Position numbers and translations under genes: made by a program. DNA of 64,000 bases from positions 32,001 to 96,000 of the IMG/VR virus record IMGVR_UViG_3300041956_000050; one strand, written 5' to 3'. This DNA is from a virus. The notes under the pieces are model-generated. The model was given only the letters and a program-made list of their open reading frames with translations, did no database searches and had not been told where the DNA came from. Of this stretch, positions 9,762 through 19,938 are shown in pieces. Within the stretch, counting starts at the first letter, position 1, and each line of letters begins with the position of its first letter.

Positions 9762-10685
9762 GTGGCACAGCAGTTGGAAGGACTCAAGCTCAGCGAGGAC
9801 CAGGCTGAGGCGATCATCGAGAAGGGCATCGAGTACGGCGCGTACAGCGACGAGATGCCCGACACGAAGAAGGCCAAGCTCGCGGCAGCGGACGAGATCG
9901 TCGCGTTCTCGGTTGACGCCTACGTCAACGACGAGATCAGGAGTGATGACGACGACCCGCAGGTGGCCGAGTCTGGCGAGCAGATCGAGGAGATCCTCGA
10001 AATGGCCGGTGTCGAGATCGATGACGACGGCACCGTGACCTATGGCGAGCCGGAGGAGCCGAAGGGCAAGAAGTCCGGTGGCAAGAGTGGCGGCGAAGCC
10101 CCCTTCGACCCGGATGACTACATCGAGGGCTACTCCGAGCTTTCGGTCGTGACCAAGCTCAAGAAGGTCAAGGAGCTTGACCCCGAGGACGACGACGACG
10201 CCGCGATCCTGAACGCGCTGCGCGACTGGGAGAACGAGCAGGACAAGCCGTCTTCCCGCGTGCTCAACTGGATCGATGAGGCGCTGCCGGAGGGCGAGGG
10301 CGACGACAACGGTGGCGACGAAGGCGAGGCCACCGAGGAGCCGTGGGAGGACTACGACAAGGCGTCGGCGGCGGACATCCGCAAGATCCTCAAGGGTGCC
10401 CTGGAGGACGAGGAGGACCCGCTCACGGCCGATCAGGTCCAGTACGTGCTCGACTACGAGCAGGGCCGCAAGGCTCCGCGCAAGCGCGTCATCGACTACT
10501 GCAACACGCTGCTGGAGGAGTTCGGCAACGGTGGCAAGGCCGATGACGAGCCGGAGGAGAAGCCCAAGCGCGGGCGTGGCGCGGCGAAGAAGGAGGAGCC
10601 GAAGTCCGAGAACGGTGTGATCGTGCTCACCCGCGAGCAGATCCTGACCGCGCTCGACAGCGGCGAGGTCACCATCGAGGTCTGA
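9762..10685 (+). CDS. Very acidic protein with two related internal repeats
   Basis: AAAGGAGG SD; repeats IEGYSELSV..WENEQDKPSSRVL and PWEDYDKASA..YEQGRKAPRKRVI. Confidence 0.7.
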   Translation: MAQQLEGLKLSEDQAEAIIEKGIEYGAYSDEMPDTKKAKLAAADEIVAFSVDAYVNDEIRSDDDDPQVAESGEQIEEILEMAGVEIDDDGTVTYGEPEEPKGKKSGGKSGGEAPFDPDDYIEGYSELSVVTKLKKVKELDPEDDDDAAILNALRDWENEQDKPSSRVLNWIDEALPEGEGDDNGGDEGEATEEPWEDYDKASAADIRKILKGALEDEEDPLTADQVQYVLDYEQGRKAPRKRVIDYCNTLLEEFGNGGKADDEPEEKPKRGRGAAKKEEPKSENGVIVLTREQILTALDSGEVTIEV

Positions 10686-11344
10686 TGGCACTACCGGCCA
10701 AGCGTGTTGACAGGCGCGGGGGTGGCAACGCTGCCCCTGCGTCTGACGGCGCGCTGAGCGATGACGATCTCCGCAGGCTCGTTCCATCAGGGCTTGCGGG
10801 GTCGCTCGTCAAGAGCAAGCTTCATGACAAGAGGCTTGCTATTGCTGGTTTGGGGGAGCCAGAGGACTGGTCCGGTGCGATGCCGGATCTGCCCCGCGAC
10901 ATCGCGGCGTTCGATCACAGCCAGATGTCAGCACTGTTGGGAGACTTCGCGAATGCGCTGAGCACGTCGTTGTGGCAGGCGAGCAAGGCGTACATCGAGG
11001 CAGATGCCTACGACCAGATCGCGGAGTACCTTGAGGATGTCGCTACTCTTGATGCTGATGAAAGCAACGAGCAGAAGCGCAAGGCGCAGGCTCGCACCGA
11101 CGAGCGGGTGGTTGCTGCGCGTGCGCTCCAGCGGCAGTCCTACCACGACTACGTGCGCTTTCGCGACCTGGCGAGAACCATTGAGGTCCGCTGGCGCACG
11201 ATCAGCCGCATCGGTGGCTTCGTAGGCGACGAGGTGGAAGCTGAGGCGGCAGGAGCGATCAAGGCCAGCACGCGAGGGAGCGCGGCTGGCAATGCGCGAG
11301 GTACTGGCCGGGGAGAGATTCGCCGGTCACGCCGTAGTAAGTAG
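10685..11344 (+). CDS. Hypothetical helical protein, possibly a UvsY-like recombination mediator
   Basis: TGATG coupling; long amphipathic helices; located in the recombination cluster (function is inference). Confidence 0.45.
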   Translation: MALPAKRVDRRGGGNAAPASDGALSDDDLRRLVPSGLAGSLVKSKLHDKRLAIAGLGEPEDWSGAMPDLPRDIAAFDHSQMSALLGDFANALSTSLWQASKAYIEADAYDQIAEYLEDVATLDADESNEQKRKAQARTDERVVAARALQRQSYHDYVRFRDLARTIEVRWRTISRIGGFVGDEVEAEAAGAIKASTRGSAAGNARGTGRGEIRRSRRSK

Positions 11345-11541
11345 TAGTGACAGGCCAGGGGCGGGATAACGGTGGGCCGCGCCCTGGTCTGTTTCAATCA
11401 GGTGGTGAGACTCTTGTCACTTTCCTGATCTGGTTAGTCTTGGCTGTGGCGTTCGCTCCTGTACTGGGAGCTTGGGGCCACGTGATGTATCTACTGTTCA
11501 AACTGGGATGGGACCTGATCTGATGGAGGACAAAGATCGTC

Positions 11542-11919
11542 ATGAATGACGAAACAACCTGGCAGGAAGACTGGGATCGAGATCCGCAGACTCAGGCATA
11601 TGTGCAGCACTTCATTGACAACGTGCTGCCGGAGATCGACAAGTCAGCGATGGCGGTCAGCGTCGTACCGAACAAGAAGCGCAGCCAGCATGGCAACGGT
11701 GATGTCAAGTACTGGGTCGAGCTTGGCGCGATGATCATGTTCGACAAGCCCATCATCTGTGTTGTCGATCCCGGTATGCGCAGTGAGATGCCGGAGCACC
11801 TTGTGCGGGTGGCCGACTACATCGTGGAGGGCGACATCACGACGCTGGAGGGCCAGACGAAGATCGCTGAGGCGATGTCGGTGATCGTCACGAAGATCGA
11901 GGAGGGCGAGGGGCCATGA
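11542..11919 (+). CDS. Hypothetical protein
   Basis: ORF with GGAGG SD. Confidence 0.6.
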   Translation: MNDETTWQEDWDRDPQTQAYVQHFIDNVLPEIDKSAMAVSVVPNKKRSQHGNGDVKYWVELGAMIMFDKPIICVVDPGMRSEMPEHLVRVADYIVEGDITTLEGQTKIAEAMSVIVTKIEEGEGP

Positions 11920-12599
11920 AGGAATGGATCGCGATCCTGCTGTGGTCGATCACCAAGAAGCGCAGCATCGCTGTCAAGATGCTTGGCGAGAAGCGCGTCA
12001 AGGAGATCGAGGAGAGCCAGGGCCTCTTCTCGTGATCGAGTACAGCGACCTACGCAGGGCGCGCTCAAGCGTGATCAGGCAGGCCGGTGCAAAGGCACCG
12101 GGGCGCGGCTCGATGGACACCACGACGCCGATGGTCAGGCTCGGACTTGAGGTGGTCGAGTTCGACGTTTCTGACACAGTGCAATTCGCTGGCGAGATCA
12201 CTAGCAAGAATCTTTACAGGATCAAGGTGGCTCAAGGCAACTATGCAATCGATCTCTTCACCGCCGCAATCTGCTCCGGAATCACCTACGGAGCCGCCGC
12301 CGAACGACGGCGATAAGCGATGGGCCGTCATCGCTATTGACTGGAGCAGGCCGAACGTGATCGCCTGGTTCTTGTCCGAGGAGGATGCCGACAAGGCGGC
12401 AGACGGCTACGACTCCCTGGCATTACGCGCGATAGCGGTGCCCGAGGGGCACCCGATGATCAAGGAGTAACCATGGATGACGAACTGAAGGAAGCTGCCG
12501 ACAACTTGGCAGCCAACGTGAAGTCATTCCTGTCGTCGCTCCCGTTCGTAGCTCCAGAGCAGATCGAGTTCCAGGCTCAGGTCAAGCTACGCGAGCCGC

Positions 12600-13091
12600 T
12601 TGAGGAATATGAGAACGTGCGGAATTGACATCGGTAGTGCTAACTACAGGGCTATAGCGCTCGTCGTCAATGGCGCTCCAGTTCGCGCTGCTGTTTGGAA
12701 GCCACCCGACAAACGTGACAGCAGGGCTATCATCTTGGAGCACTCGTTCAAGTGGTTTCAACGGTGGCTACATATATTCAACCCTGATGTAGTCAGTGTT
12801 GAGCAACTTGTGGTGTTCCACAACAAGAAAACGATTCGCGCACTGTCGCACCATGAAGGCGTTGCCCTGCTCGCGGCGAAGCGCAGTGGGGCCATAGTGC
12901 TGAATCCGTCACCGAGCCAGTCGCGTGCTGTAGTCTTCGCCAACGGACGACTCTCCAAAGACGACGCATGGGTGGCCTTCAAGAAAATGTACCCCGATCT
13001 CAAGCTGCTCGCCAAGAACAGCGGAGGGTCCGACCAGATGGATGCGTACACGCACGCACTGGCGGCTCCGACTGTTCTTGAGCGAAGGTGA
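12600..13091 (+). CDS. ruvC: RuvC-like Holliday junction resolvase
   Basis: CGIDIGS, VSVEQ, LSKDD, DQMDA acidic tetrad; start may be 12609. Confidence 0.75.
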   Translation: MRNMRTCGIDIGSANYRAIALVVNGAPVRAAVWKPPDKRDSRAIILEHSFKWFQRWLHIFNPDVVSVEQLVVFHNKKTIRALSHHEGVALLAAKRSGAIVLNPSPSQSRAVVFANGRLSKDDAWVAFKKMYPDLKLLAKNSGGSDQMDAYTHALAAPTVLERR

Positions 13092-13738
13092 CAAGACGCA
13101 AGGCGAAAAACCCGCAAGGGCCGTTGCCCCTTGTCTGGCGCGGATATCGCAACTGCGACCGCTGCACGGCCTGGCGTCCTGTTAGTGACTTTACTGTTTA
13201 CCAGACGCGCACCGGCTACGAGCAGATCAAAGGGACGTGTGATGCGTGTAAGCGCCAGGTCGAGCGCGACCGCTACAACAAGCTGTCTCCGGCGCAGAAG
13301 AAGCTCAAGGGAGTCAAGGCCAACAAGCAGGCGCAGAAGCGCCGCGACAAGGCACTCATCTACATCGAGAGACAGCGCGCCATTCTTGACAAGCAGAACG
13401 ACAAGATCGAGCGGCTGGAGAAGAAGGTTGAAGTCGCTCGTTCGCGGGTTCTACATGAGGAGAATGGCAGCGAAACGTATGTTGACGCAATACCGTTCAG
13501 GATGTGGCTGCTGCGCCGACATCGCGAGAGTGGTTACAACGTCTCTGATCTGGCCGACGAGATCGGTTTCGATCACTCTCAGGTGACCAGTTGGCTCAAC
13601 GGATACAAGTGGAATGGAGCCGGTCGTGATCCTGCGCCGATGCGGTCAATCAAGCTCAGCACTGTTGACGAGGTAGCAGTGGCGTTGGGTGACCCCGGCC
13701 TCGTGGAAAGACTGTACCCACTGCTGGTAGAGGACTGA
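13088..13738 (+). CDS. Zinc ribbon + coiled coil + HTH protein
   Basis: CDRC..CDAC; SDLADEIGFDHSQVTSWLNG. Confidence 0.65.
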   Translation: MTRRKAKNPQGPLPLVWRGYRNCDRCTAWRPVSDFTVYQTRTGYEQIKGTCDACKRQVERDRYNKLSPAQKKLKGVKANKQAQKRRDKALIYIERQRAILDKQNDKIERLEKKVEVARSRVLHEENGSETYVDAIPFRMWLLRRHRESGYNVSDLADEIGFDHSQVTSWLNGYKWNGAGRDPAPMRSIKLSTVDEVAVALGDPGLVERLYPLLVED

Positions 13739-13758
13739 TCCGGTAGAATGCCCTGCAA

Positions 13759-14451
13759 ATGGGTGGCACAGATATCGCCAGGGCTGACGAAGTTGGCCTC
13801 ACAGACCGCCAGATAGGCGCGCTGGGCCGATTGCACCGGCTCGGAGCTAAGCCTCGCATCGAGGGCGAGGTGTACGACTCAGACCCGCAGATTCGCGCTC
13901 TGCAACTGGTCTACGAGGGCAAGATGGGTGGCAAGGGCCTGGGGCAAGGTCGGCCTCGAACCGGCGTGGATCGCAAGGCTCGCGCGGCTGAGGTGATTGC
14001 GGCTGAGATCCGCGAGCGCTTTACCGGCAGGATGATCAGGGCTATTGACAGAGCCTTGAAGAAGGACGCCGGAACCCGCGCTAATCTTGATGCAGTGAAG
14101 CTGGCGCTCGACATCGAGAACCGCGAGGCAGCGCTGGCACTGAAGGAATACGAGGCCGAGTTCGACACCGCCACAAAGGAGCAGCTAATTGCCACCCTCT
14201 TCGAGCTTGTCGCGGAACCGCAGACAGCGGCAGCTATCGAAGGAACAGCCTGGGACATCACAGACGCGGAGGTCGTTGAAGATCCATCCGCTTCTGGAGA
14301 GAGTGGGGGTAACGGAAGTGCCCCCAGTGTTGGCAGCAATGGGGATCACTCCGGAGACTCTGGATCAGTTAGAGCCGTCCGACTTGCGCGACATCGTAAG
14401 CAGAGTGAAAACCCTTTCACGAAGGCTGCAATACGAAGGGCCGAGCAATGA
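13759..14451 (+). CDS. Putative terminase small subunit
   Basis: Immediately upstream of TerL; GQGRPR motif, helical, DAEVVED near the C-terminus. Confidence 0.5.
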   Translation: MGGTDIARADEVGLTDRQIGALGRLHRLGAKPRIEGEVYDSDPQIRALQLVYEGKMGGKGLGQGRPRTGVDRKARAAEVIAAEIRERFTGRMIRAIDRALKKDAGTRANLDAVKLALDIENREAALALKEYEAEFDTATKEQLIATLFELVAEPQTAAAIEGTAWDITDAEVVEDPSASGESGGNGSAPSVGSNGDHSGDSGSVRAVRLARHRKQSENPFTKAAIRRAEQ

Positions 14452-16213
14452 CGATGAGCTTCACGCCTGGATCAAGAAGAACATCGGTGTTGACATCCCT
14501 CGTGAGCCGGTCTGTGAAGATCACGTAGCACCCTTTCAGTTCCTGGCAGATCTCTTCTTCGAGCGCGTGCCCTCGGCGCTTGCGCTGGCGAATCGTGGTG
14601 GCTCCAAGACTTTCATCGTCGCGCTGCTCCACTACCTCAACTGCACGTACAAGGCCGGATGCGGCTGCCTGACCTTCGGGGCGACGGAGGCTCAGGGCAA
14701 TCGCTGTTATGGCAATATTGAGGACTGGTGCTACGTCCACGACGAAGATACTGGCAGGCGTACTGACACAGTTCTGCCGTTCATCAGGGAAAAGCCGAAG
14801 AAGTCACAGACGGTGTGGAAGACCGGCTCGGTGGTCGAGGTCGTGGCCGGGTCTGAGAATGCCGTCTCTGGCCCGCACCCGGCGAAGGCGCATGCCGACG
14901 AGATTGATCAGATGGAACGGCCGGTGTGGAACCAGAGCCGTGGTATGGCCGTCACTAATCGTGCCACTGGGCCGTTGCCGCTGTGGATGCAGAAGTACGA
15001 GGGAATGATCCCGCCGCAGGACATCGCTACGAGCACGCGCAACTCGACCAAGGGGCTGATGCAGGAGCTTCTGGATGAGATCGAGCAAGATGTCAAGGAT
15101 GGAAACATCGCACAGTTTGCGCTCTACACGTGGTGCATTTGGGAGACGATCAAGGAAGTCCCGAACTGCCGCTGTGTTGACAAGCGCCTGCGGCGGAAGC
15201 GCCTCAAGCAACTCGACATGGATGTTGACTCCCTCTGCGAGTGCAACCGCGTTGTGAAGGGCCGTTTGCCAAGTGGCAAGCCGAGGACCCTGGAGTCCAT
15301 CTGTAAGGGCAAGGCGTTCCGCTCGCGCGGCTGGAAGCCGTATGTAGATCTCGTGATGACGTTCAAGCGCAACACTCCTGGCACGTGGACGTTGCAGCAT
15401 GAGTGCCGCCACGGCATTGACGAGAACAACTACATCCAAGACTGGTCGCTGAACCTGTACGGCATCCGCCACTACGAGCCGCATCCGATGTACGGGCCGA
15501 TCTACCGGGGCGTTGACTGGGGATCGACGCACCCGGCCTGTGTGCTCTACTTCCAGTACCTGACAGCAGAGGTGCCAGCACTCGGGTTCGACTACGAGCC
15601 GATCTGGCTGGAGTCCGGGATCTATGTGCTGTTCCACGAGATCTACATCGCGGGCAGCGACAGCCAGACGCTCGCCAAGCGTGTCGTCATGGTTGACGAG
15701 CAGTACCGCAAGGAGTACGGCGGCGCTTGGAAGGTCAAGGCTACGTTCTGTGACCCGCAGGGAGCCGGTGACCGGATCATCTTCAACAATCACGGCATCC
15801 CTTCCATCTGGCCCGTCAAGACGCGCAACAAGATCCGCTTCATCGAGACAGTGCAGAACCTCGTCATTGATGACAAGTTCGCCGTCGATGTCGATGCCGC
15901 TCCGATGTTCTGCGAAGAGGTCGAGGGCTGGCAGAAGGACCCACGTACTGGCAAGGAGCTTGACAAGTACAACCACGCGATGGCGGCATGGCGCTACGGC
16001 ATCTCCAACGCCGAAGTGATCGAGAGCCACCGCAGCCAGAAGAAGAACAAGGCAGTCCAGTCCAATGGCGCACAGCCTCAGCGGCAGGCAGTAGTGAGCC
16101 GTCGCACACCGATGGCGGCTGAAGCTGGCGAGATCGTCTACGGTTCGATAGCATCGCGCGGAGGTTCGGCAGTTCCGCTCGACCCGCGCTTCACCCTCAA
16201 CGTGGACAAGTGA
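14189..16213 (+). CDS. terL: Terminase large subunit (true start probably 14276-14339)
   Basis: ANRGGSKT Walker A, HADEID Walker B, TST motif, GVDWGSTHP nuclease motif, FCDP, NHAMAAWRY. Confidence 0.88.
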   Translation: MPPSSSLSRNRRQRQLSKEQPGTSQTRRSLKIHPLLERVGVTEVPPVLAAMGITPETLDQLEPSDLRDIVSRVKTLSRRLQYEGPSNDDELHAWIKKNIGVDIPREPVCEDHVAPFQFLADLFFERVPSALALANRGGSKTFIVALLHYLNCTYKAGCGCLTFGATEAQGNRCYGNIEDWCYVHDEDTGRRTDTVLPFIREKPKKSQTVWKTGSVVEVVAGSENAVSGPHPAKAHADEIDQMERPVWNQSRGMAVTNRATGPLPLWMQKYEGMIPPQDIATSTRNSTKGLMQELLDEIEQDVKDGNIAQFALYTWCIWETIKEVPNCRCVDKRLRRKRLKQLDMDVDSLCECNRVVKGRLPSGKPRTLESICKGKAFRSRGWKPYVDLVMTFKRNTPGTWTLQHECRHGIDENNYIQDWSLNLYGIRHYEPHPMYGPIYRGVDWGSTHPACVLYFQYLTAEVPALGFDYEPIWLESGIYVLFHEIYIAGSDSQTLAKRVVMVDEQYRKEYGGAWKVKATFCDPQGAGDRIIFNNHGIPSIWPVKTRNKIRFIETVQNLVIDDKFAVDVDAAPMFCEEVEGWQKDPRTGKELDKYNHAMAAWRYGISNAEVIESHRSQKKNKAVQSNGAQPQRQAVVSRRTPMAAEAGEIVYGSIASRGGSAVPLDPRFTLNVDK

Positions 16214-18861
16214 ACATGGCTGATGTGAATGTCAAGATAGATGAGGGCGGCGTCGAAGAGGAAGACGTTGCCAAGATCGAGAAGTCCGTCAAGGGTCTTG
16301 ACCAGGCCCCGACGACTGCTCAGCAGACACCGACTCAGGATCAGTGGACGGCGTTCAGTACAGCGCTCGGCCCACCGTTCGACTCTGAGCGCGTCACGCT
16401 GTATCAGATGCGGCAGATGCGCAAGGATGCGATGATCGCCTTCGGCCTGCACTACATCAAGGTGCCATTGGTAAGGGCAGAATGGCACATCGAGGCGCGC
16501 GACAAGGACGGCCCGAACGCACAAGTTGCCGCGTTTGTTGACGCCGCGCTGCGTCCGATCTACGCCAGGTACATGTTCCAGCGGATGCTCGCGCTCGACT
16601 TCGGCTTCCAGGCGATGACGAAGCGCTTCATCATGAAGAACCCCGGAGGGATCTATAGCGATCCCACAGAGGCCGACGAGACGCGCCAGATCAAGCCGAT
16701 TTGGGACGAGGGCAGCATCGATCCGGTGATCTGGAAGGCTCCTGTCCCGCTGCGCCCCGAACTTGTCAAGCCTGTTTTCGATGACAAGACTGGTGAGTTC
16801 GCCGGGATGACCTACGACGCTCCGCAAGTGCAGCGCCAGTCCACGAAGACGAGCCGTGGCAAGTCCAAGGGCCTGATGGAGATGGACGTGTACCACAGCC
16901 TGTGGGGCACGAACGCCAAGGACGACGAGCACGGCTCGATCTACGGCTTCCCGCGCACCGGCCATGCGAGGGACTACTGGTGGGCCTACAAGTTCCTGTT
17001 CCAGCTTTCCAACCGTGGCTACGAGCGCGTGGCGATCCCGCCCGTCGTGGCCTACCACCCCGAAGGCAGCAGCGTCATTGATGACACAACCGGTGAGACG
17101 CAGCCGAACTGGCAGATTGCGCTTGAGATGGCAGACCGGCTCCGCAGCAACGCGGTCGCGGCCGTGCCGTCAACAATGGCGGAAGCCGGACTGGGGGAAG
17201 CGTCCAACTCGCAGCGTGCGTGGGACTTCAAGTTCCTAGAGACGCCGTGGCAGTCACTGTCATCATTCGATACGCGCTTCAATTACCTGAACGTGATGAA
17301 GCTGCGCTCGGTGTGGGTGCCCGAGCAGGCTTTCATCGAGGGCGAGGGCGGCACAAGCTCGCGCAACGTCGCTTCGCAGATGGCCGAGATCTTCCAAGAG
17401 TCGCAGGCACTGTTGATGGAAGAGGCCGACGACGAGATCAATCGCTACATGATCCCGCAGCTTCTGATCGTCAACTTCCCGGAGTTCATCAACAATGGCG
17501 GCATTGCTCGCAAGGTGTCACACGGCTTCCGCAAGGAGGACATCGAGTTCTACAAGCAGGTGCTCCAGTTGATCGGCCAGAGCACGCCGGAGAAGCTGGC
17601 CGACGAGGTGGACGTGACCGAACTGCTGCGCCGGATGGGAGCGCCCCTGCGTGACGCCCGCGTGCTGGAGCGCGAGCGCCAGAAGCTCCAGGCACAGAGC
17701 GCGCTCGGATCGCCGCCTCTTGTCAACGGTGGTTCCGGCAACGTCAGCGTGATCGCCAATCCGAACGTCAACCCTGGCTTCCAGAATGGCGGCTCGGTTC
17801 CGTCACCGCGTGGCGGCGGCGCTGCGTCGGCGGCGGCTGGGTTCGCAGACCCGATGTATCAGCAGGCCACGATCTACATGCAGCCGCCGCCCCACATGGA
17901 CGCCTGGCTCGGAGACGCCGACGACTTCATCACGTCGCTACCTGTCAGCAAGCACTACACTGACAAGACGATTCGCTCGCTGTCGCTGCAACTGCGGCGT
18001 GTGTGGGAGGCCCACTTCCGGCGTCTGTATCCCGACTTCGCCAAGTACGTCAATGGGCTTGACACGCTCGAACTGGCCGATGGCAAGCGCGTGCGCATCA
18101 CCAAGAAGACGGCTGAGGCAGCGGCGCGCAAGATCATGGACAAGTGGGGCGTGGCCAGCGAGGAGATGGACAAGCTGGCCAAGCGCTCGGCAGAGATCAT
18201 CCGCAAGATGGTTGACAGGGGAGCCAAGCTCGATCAGAAGCGGACGCGGATCGATGCCGACCTTGACGAAGATGACATCGAGAGCTTCGTCGGAGAACAG
18301 GTGGGGCGATTGATCCGGCTCACAGATCGCACGTTCAAGGAGGAGATGCGTGGATTCGTCACCGACGCCATCCGAGATGGCCAAGGCCCTGGCGAGATTG
18401 CAGACGGCATTACGGCACATTTCGAGGGCTTTCCGACGACTCGCGCGGATCGTATTGCGCGTAGCGAGACTCGTGATGCGGTCAACGCTGCCACACTGTT
18501 GTCTGGTCAGGCATCCGGTATCCGCTACGTCCGGGCGACGGACGGCGAGGAGTTCGATGAGGACTGCAAGAATCGCAATGGGCGGCTATACACCGTTCGC
18601 GAGGCTTGGCGTGAGATGCGCAAGGAACACCCCAACGGCACGCTCGGGTTCGATCTCATCCCGCGAGCGAACTTCTCGGTCGAGTACGTGGCGCAGATGC
18701 CTGACGGAGCGCCCGATGACTCCCTTGCCTTCTACGATTCGGACTCAGAGACGGCCTTCGTAGTCTTCAACAGTGATGGCACTGACCAGTACCTGTCGGA
18801 ACTGGGCGAGTGGTTGATCCGCGAGGGCAGCAATGGCAACGGGGCGCATGCCAACGTATGA
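16210..18861 (+). CDS. Portal protein (Mu gp29/DUF935-like) fused to a MuF/SPP1 gp7 head-morphogenesis domain
   Basis: Follows TerL; portal-like N-terminus (ALDFGF, SIYG, INRYMIPQLLIVNF); C-terminal RADRIARSET..DEDC..NGRLY..HPNG. Confidence 0.8.
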   Translation: MNMADVNVKIDEGGVEEEDVAKIEKSVKGLDQAPTTAQQTPTQDQWTAFSTALGPPFDSERVTLYQMRQMRKDAMIAFGLHYIKVPLVRAEWHIEARDKDGPNAQVAAFVDAALRPIYARYMFQRMLALDFGFQAMTKRFIMKNPGGIYSDPTEADETRQIKPIWDEGSIDPVIWKAPVPLRPELVKPVFDDKTGEFAGMTYDAPQVQRQSTKTSRGKSKGLMEMDVYHSLWGTNAKDDEHGSIYGFPRTGHARDYWWAYKFLFQLSNRGYERVAIPPVVAYHPEGSSVIDDTTGETQPNWQIALEMADRLRSNAVAAVPSTMAEAGLGEASNSQRAWDFKFLETPWQSLSSFDTRFNYLNVMKLRSVWVPEQAFIEGEGGTSSRNVASQMAEIFQESQALLMEEADDEINRYMIPQLLIVNFPEFINNGGIARKVSHGFRKEDIEFYKQVLQLIGQSTPEKLADEVDVTELLRRMGAPLRDARVLERERQKLQAQSALGSPPLVNGGSGNVSVIANPNVNPGFQNGGSVPSPRGGGAASAAAGFADPMYQQATIYMQPPPHMDAWLGDADDFITSLPVSKHYTDKTIRSLSLQLRRVWEAHFRRLYPDFAKYVNGLDTLELADGKRVRITKKTAEAAARKIMDKWGVASEEMDKLAKRSAEIIRKMVDRGAKLDQKRTRIDADLDEDDIESFVGEQVGRLIRLTDRTFKEEMRGFVTDAIRDGQGPGEIADGITAHFEGFPTTRADRIARSETRDAVNAATLLSGQASGIRYVRATDGEEFDEDCKNRNGRLYTVREAWREMRKEHPNGTLGFDLIPRANFSVEYVAQMPDGAPDDSLAFYDSDSETAFVVFNSDGTDQYLSELGEWLIREGSNGNGAHANV

Positions 18862-18959
18862 CGGAAACCTCTTGACGCTGGACCTCGACATCACTGTATT
18901 TGGTGTTGTCATAAAAGTCGCTGGCACCATAGAGGTGCTGAACGTCCGAAGGCGTGTCA

Positions 18960-19223
18960 ATGCGCCCACGTAGGACACACAACACCACCCGCACACTGTC
19001 GCTCCGGGGAGGCACGGAGGACAACGATCTGTGGGTGTACGACCTCCCTGACGGCGACGGTCGGCATGTGATCGCCTCGGTGTGGGAGCCATCCGACGAG
19101 GAACGCAAGGCCATCGCTGAGGGCGAGAACGTGCGTCTGCTGGTGTGGGCCATCCGGGGCACCCAACAACCTGTCGCTATTGACACCACCGACGAGCTAC
19201 TGGGGAAGCCGCCGAATGAATGA
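18960..19223 (+). CDS. Hypothetical protein
   Basis: SVWEPSDEER..IAEG, a common phage small-protein motif. Confidence 0.6.
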   Translation: MRPRRTHNTTRTLSLRGGTEDNDLWVYDLPDGDGRHVIASVWEPSDEERKAIAEGENVRLLVWAIRGTQQPVAIDTTDELLGKPPNE

Positions 19224-19938
19224 GATCTGGCTGTCAGACAATGGCGAGCCGCCGATCATGCTCGCTGTCAGAAAACCTGGCCAGGTGGCGGCGCAGCCTG
19301 ATGCCTCCGGCGCTGTTGTCAGGCGTGGTGCTGCCTCTGGCAACCCGAACTTCGATCCGGTCACCGGCAAGTTTGCGGGCAAGAAGCTCAGGGCGCTCAA
19401 GGATGGCCTGGAGGTGGTCGCTCAGACTGTGCAGCAGGGCGCGCTTCCAACGCAGAGCGGCGTCCCTACCGGCGTCGATGCCGATGCGTGGGCGCGCAGG
19501 CTGGCGGCAGTGCGTGACGCTGGCCGGACACTCGATGACCTGACGGCTGAGACGCTGACCGCATTCCTGCGGGCAAGGGTGCTGGATGTCAATCAAGTTG
19601 ACATTGGTCAGTTCCTGTCAGACGTGCAGTGGCAGCGGATCGCGGATCTGGCAGACGCGCTCCAGCAGAAGCACAAGGAGAAGGGCTTCGTCCGGATCGA
19701 TGCGACGAGTGGCTGGATCAAGAAGGTCTTCAACAACCTCGACGGCCCGATGGCCGGACATCTTGTCAAGATTCTTGAAGGAAGGGGATGGAGCCAGGAC
19801 GAGATCAAGAACAACATCATCAAGCGTGTCAAGAACAAGGAGATTCGGGGCTACCTCGAAACCCTCTATGGCACGCCGCTAGAGCAGGGCAAGGAAGAGA
19901 AGCCCCAAAAGGAAGAAGAGGTAAAGAGTGGCGTCTAA
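19216..19938 (+). CDS. Hypothetical, possibly head-associated protein
   Basis: GNPNFDPVTGKFAG motif; lies next to the portal gene. Confidence 0.55.
   Translation: MNEIWLSDNGEPPIMLAVRKPGQVAAQPDASGAVVRRGAASGNPNFDPVTGKFAGKKLRALKDGLEVVAQTVQQGALPTQSGVPTGVDADAWARRLAAVRDAGRTLDDLTAETLTAFLRARVLDVNQVDIGQFLSDVQWQRIADLADALQQKHKEKGFVRIDATSGWIKKVFNNLDGPMAGHLVKILEGRGWSQDEIKNNIIKRVKNKEIRGYLETLYGTPLEQGKEEKPQKEEEVKSGV

Noticed and set aside
3172-16213. Inteins or introns in dnaE, recA or terL
   Set aside because: Lengths are near normal, and no C..HN/C splice motifs or LAGLIDADG blocks were seen.
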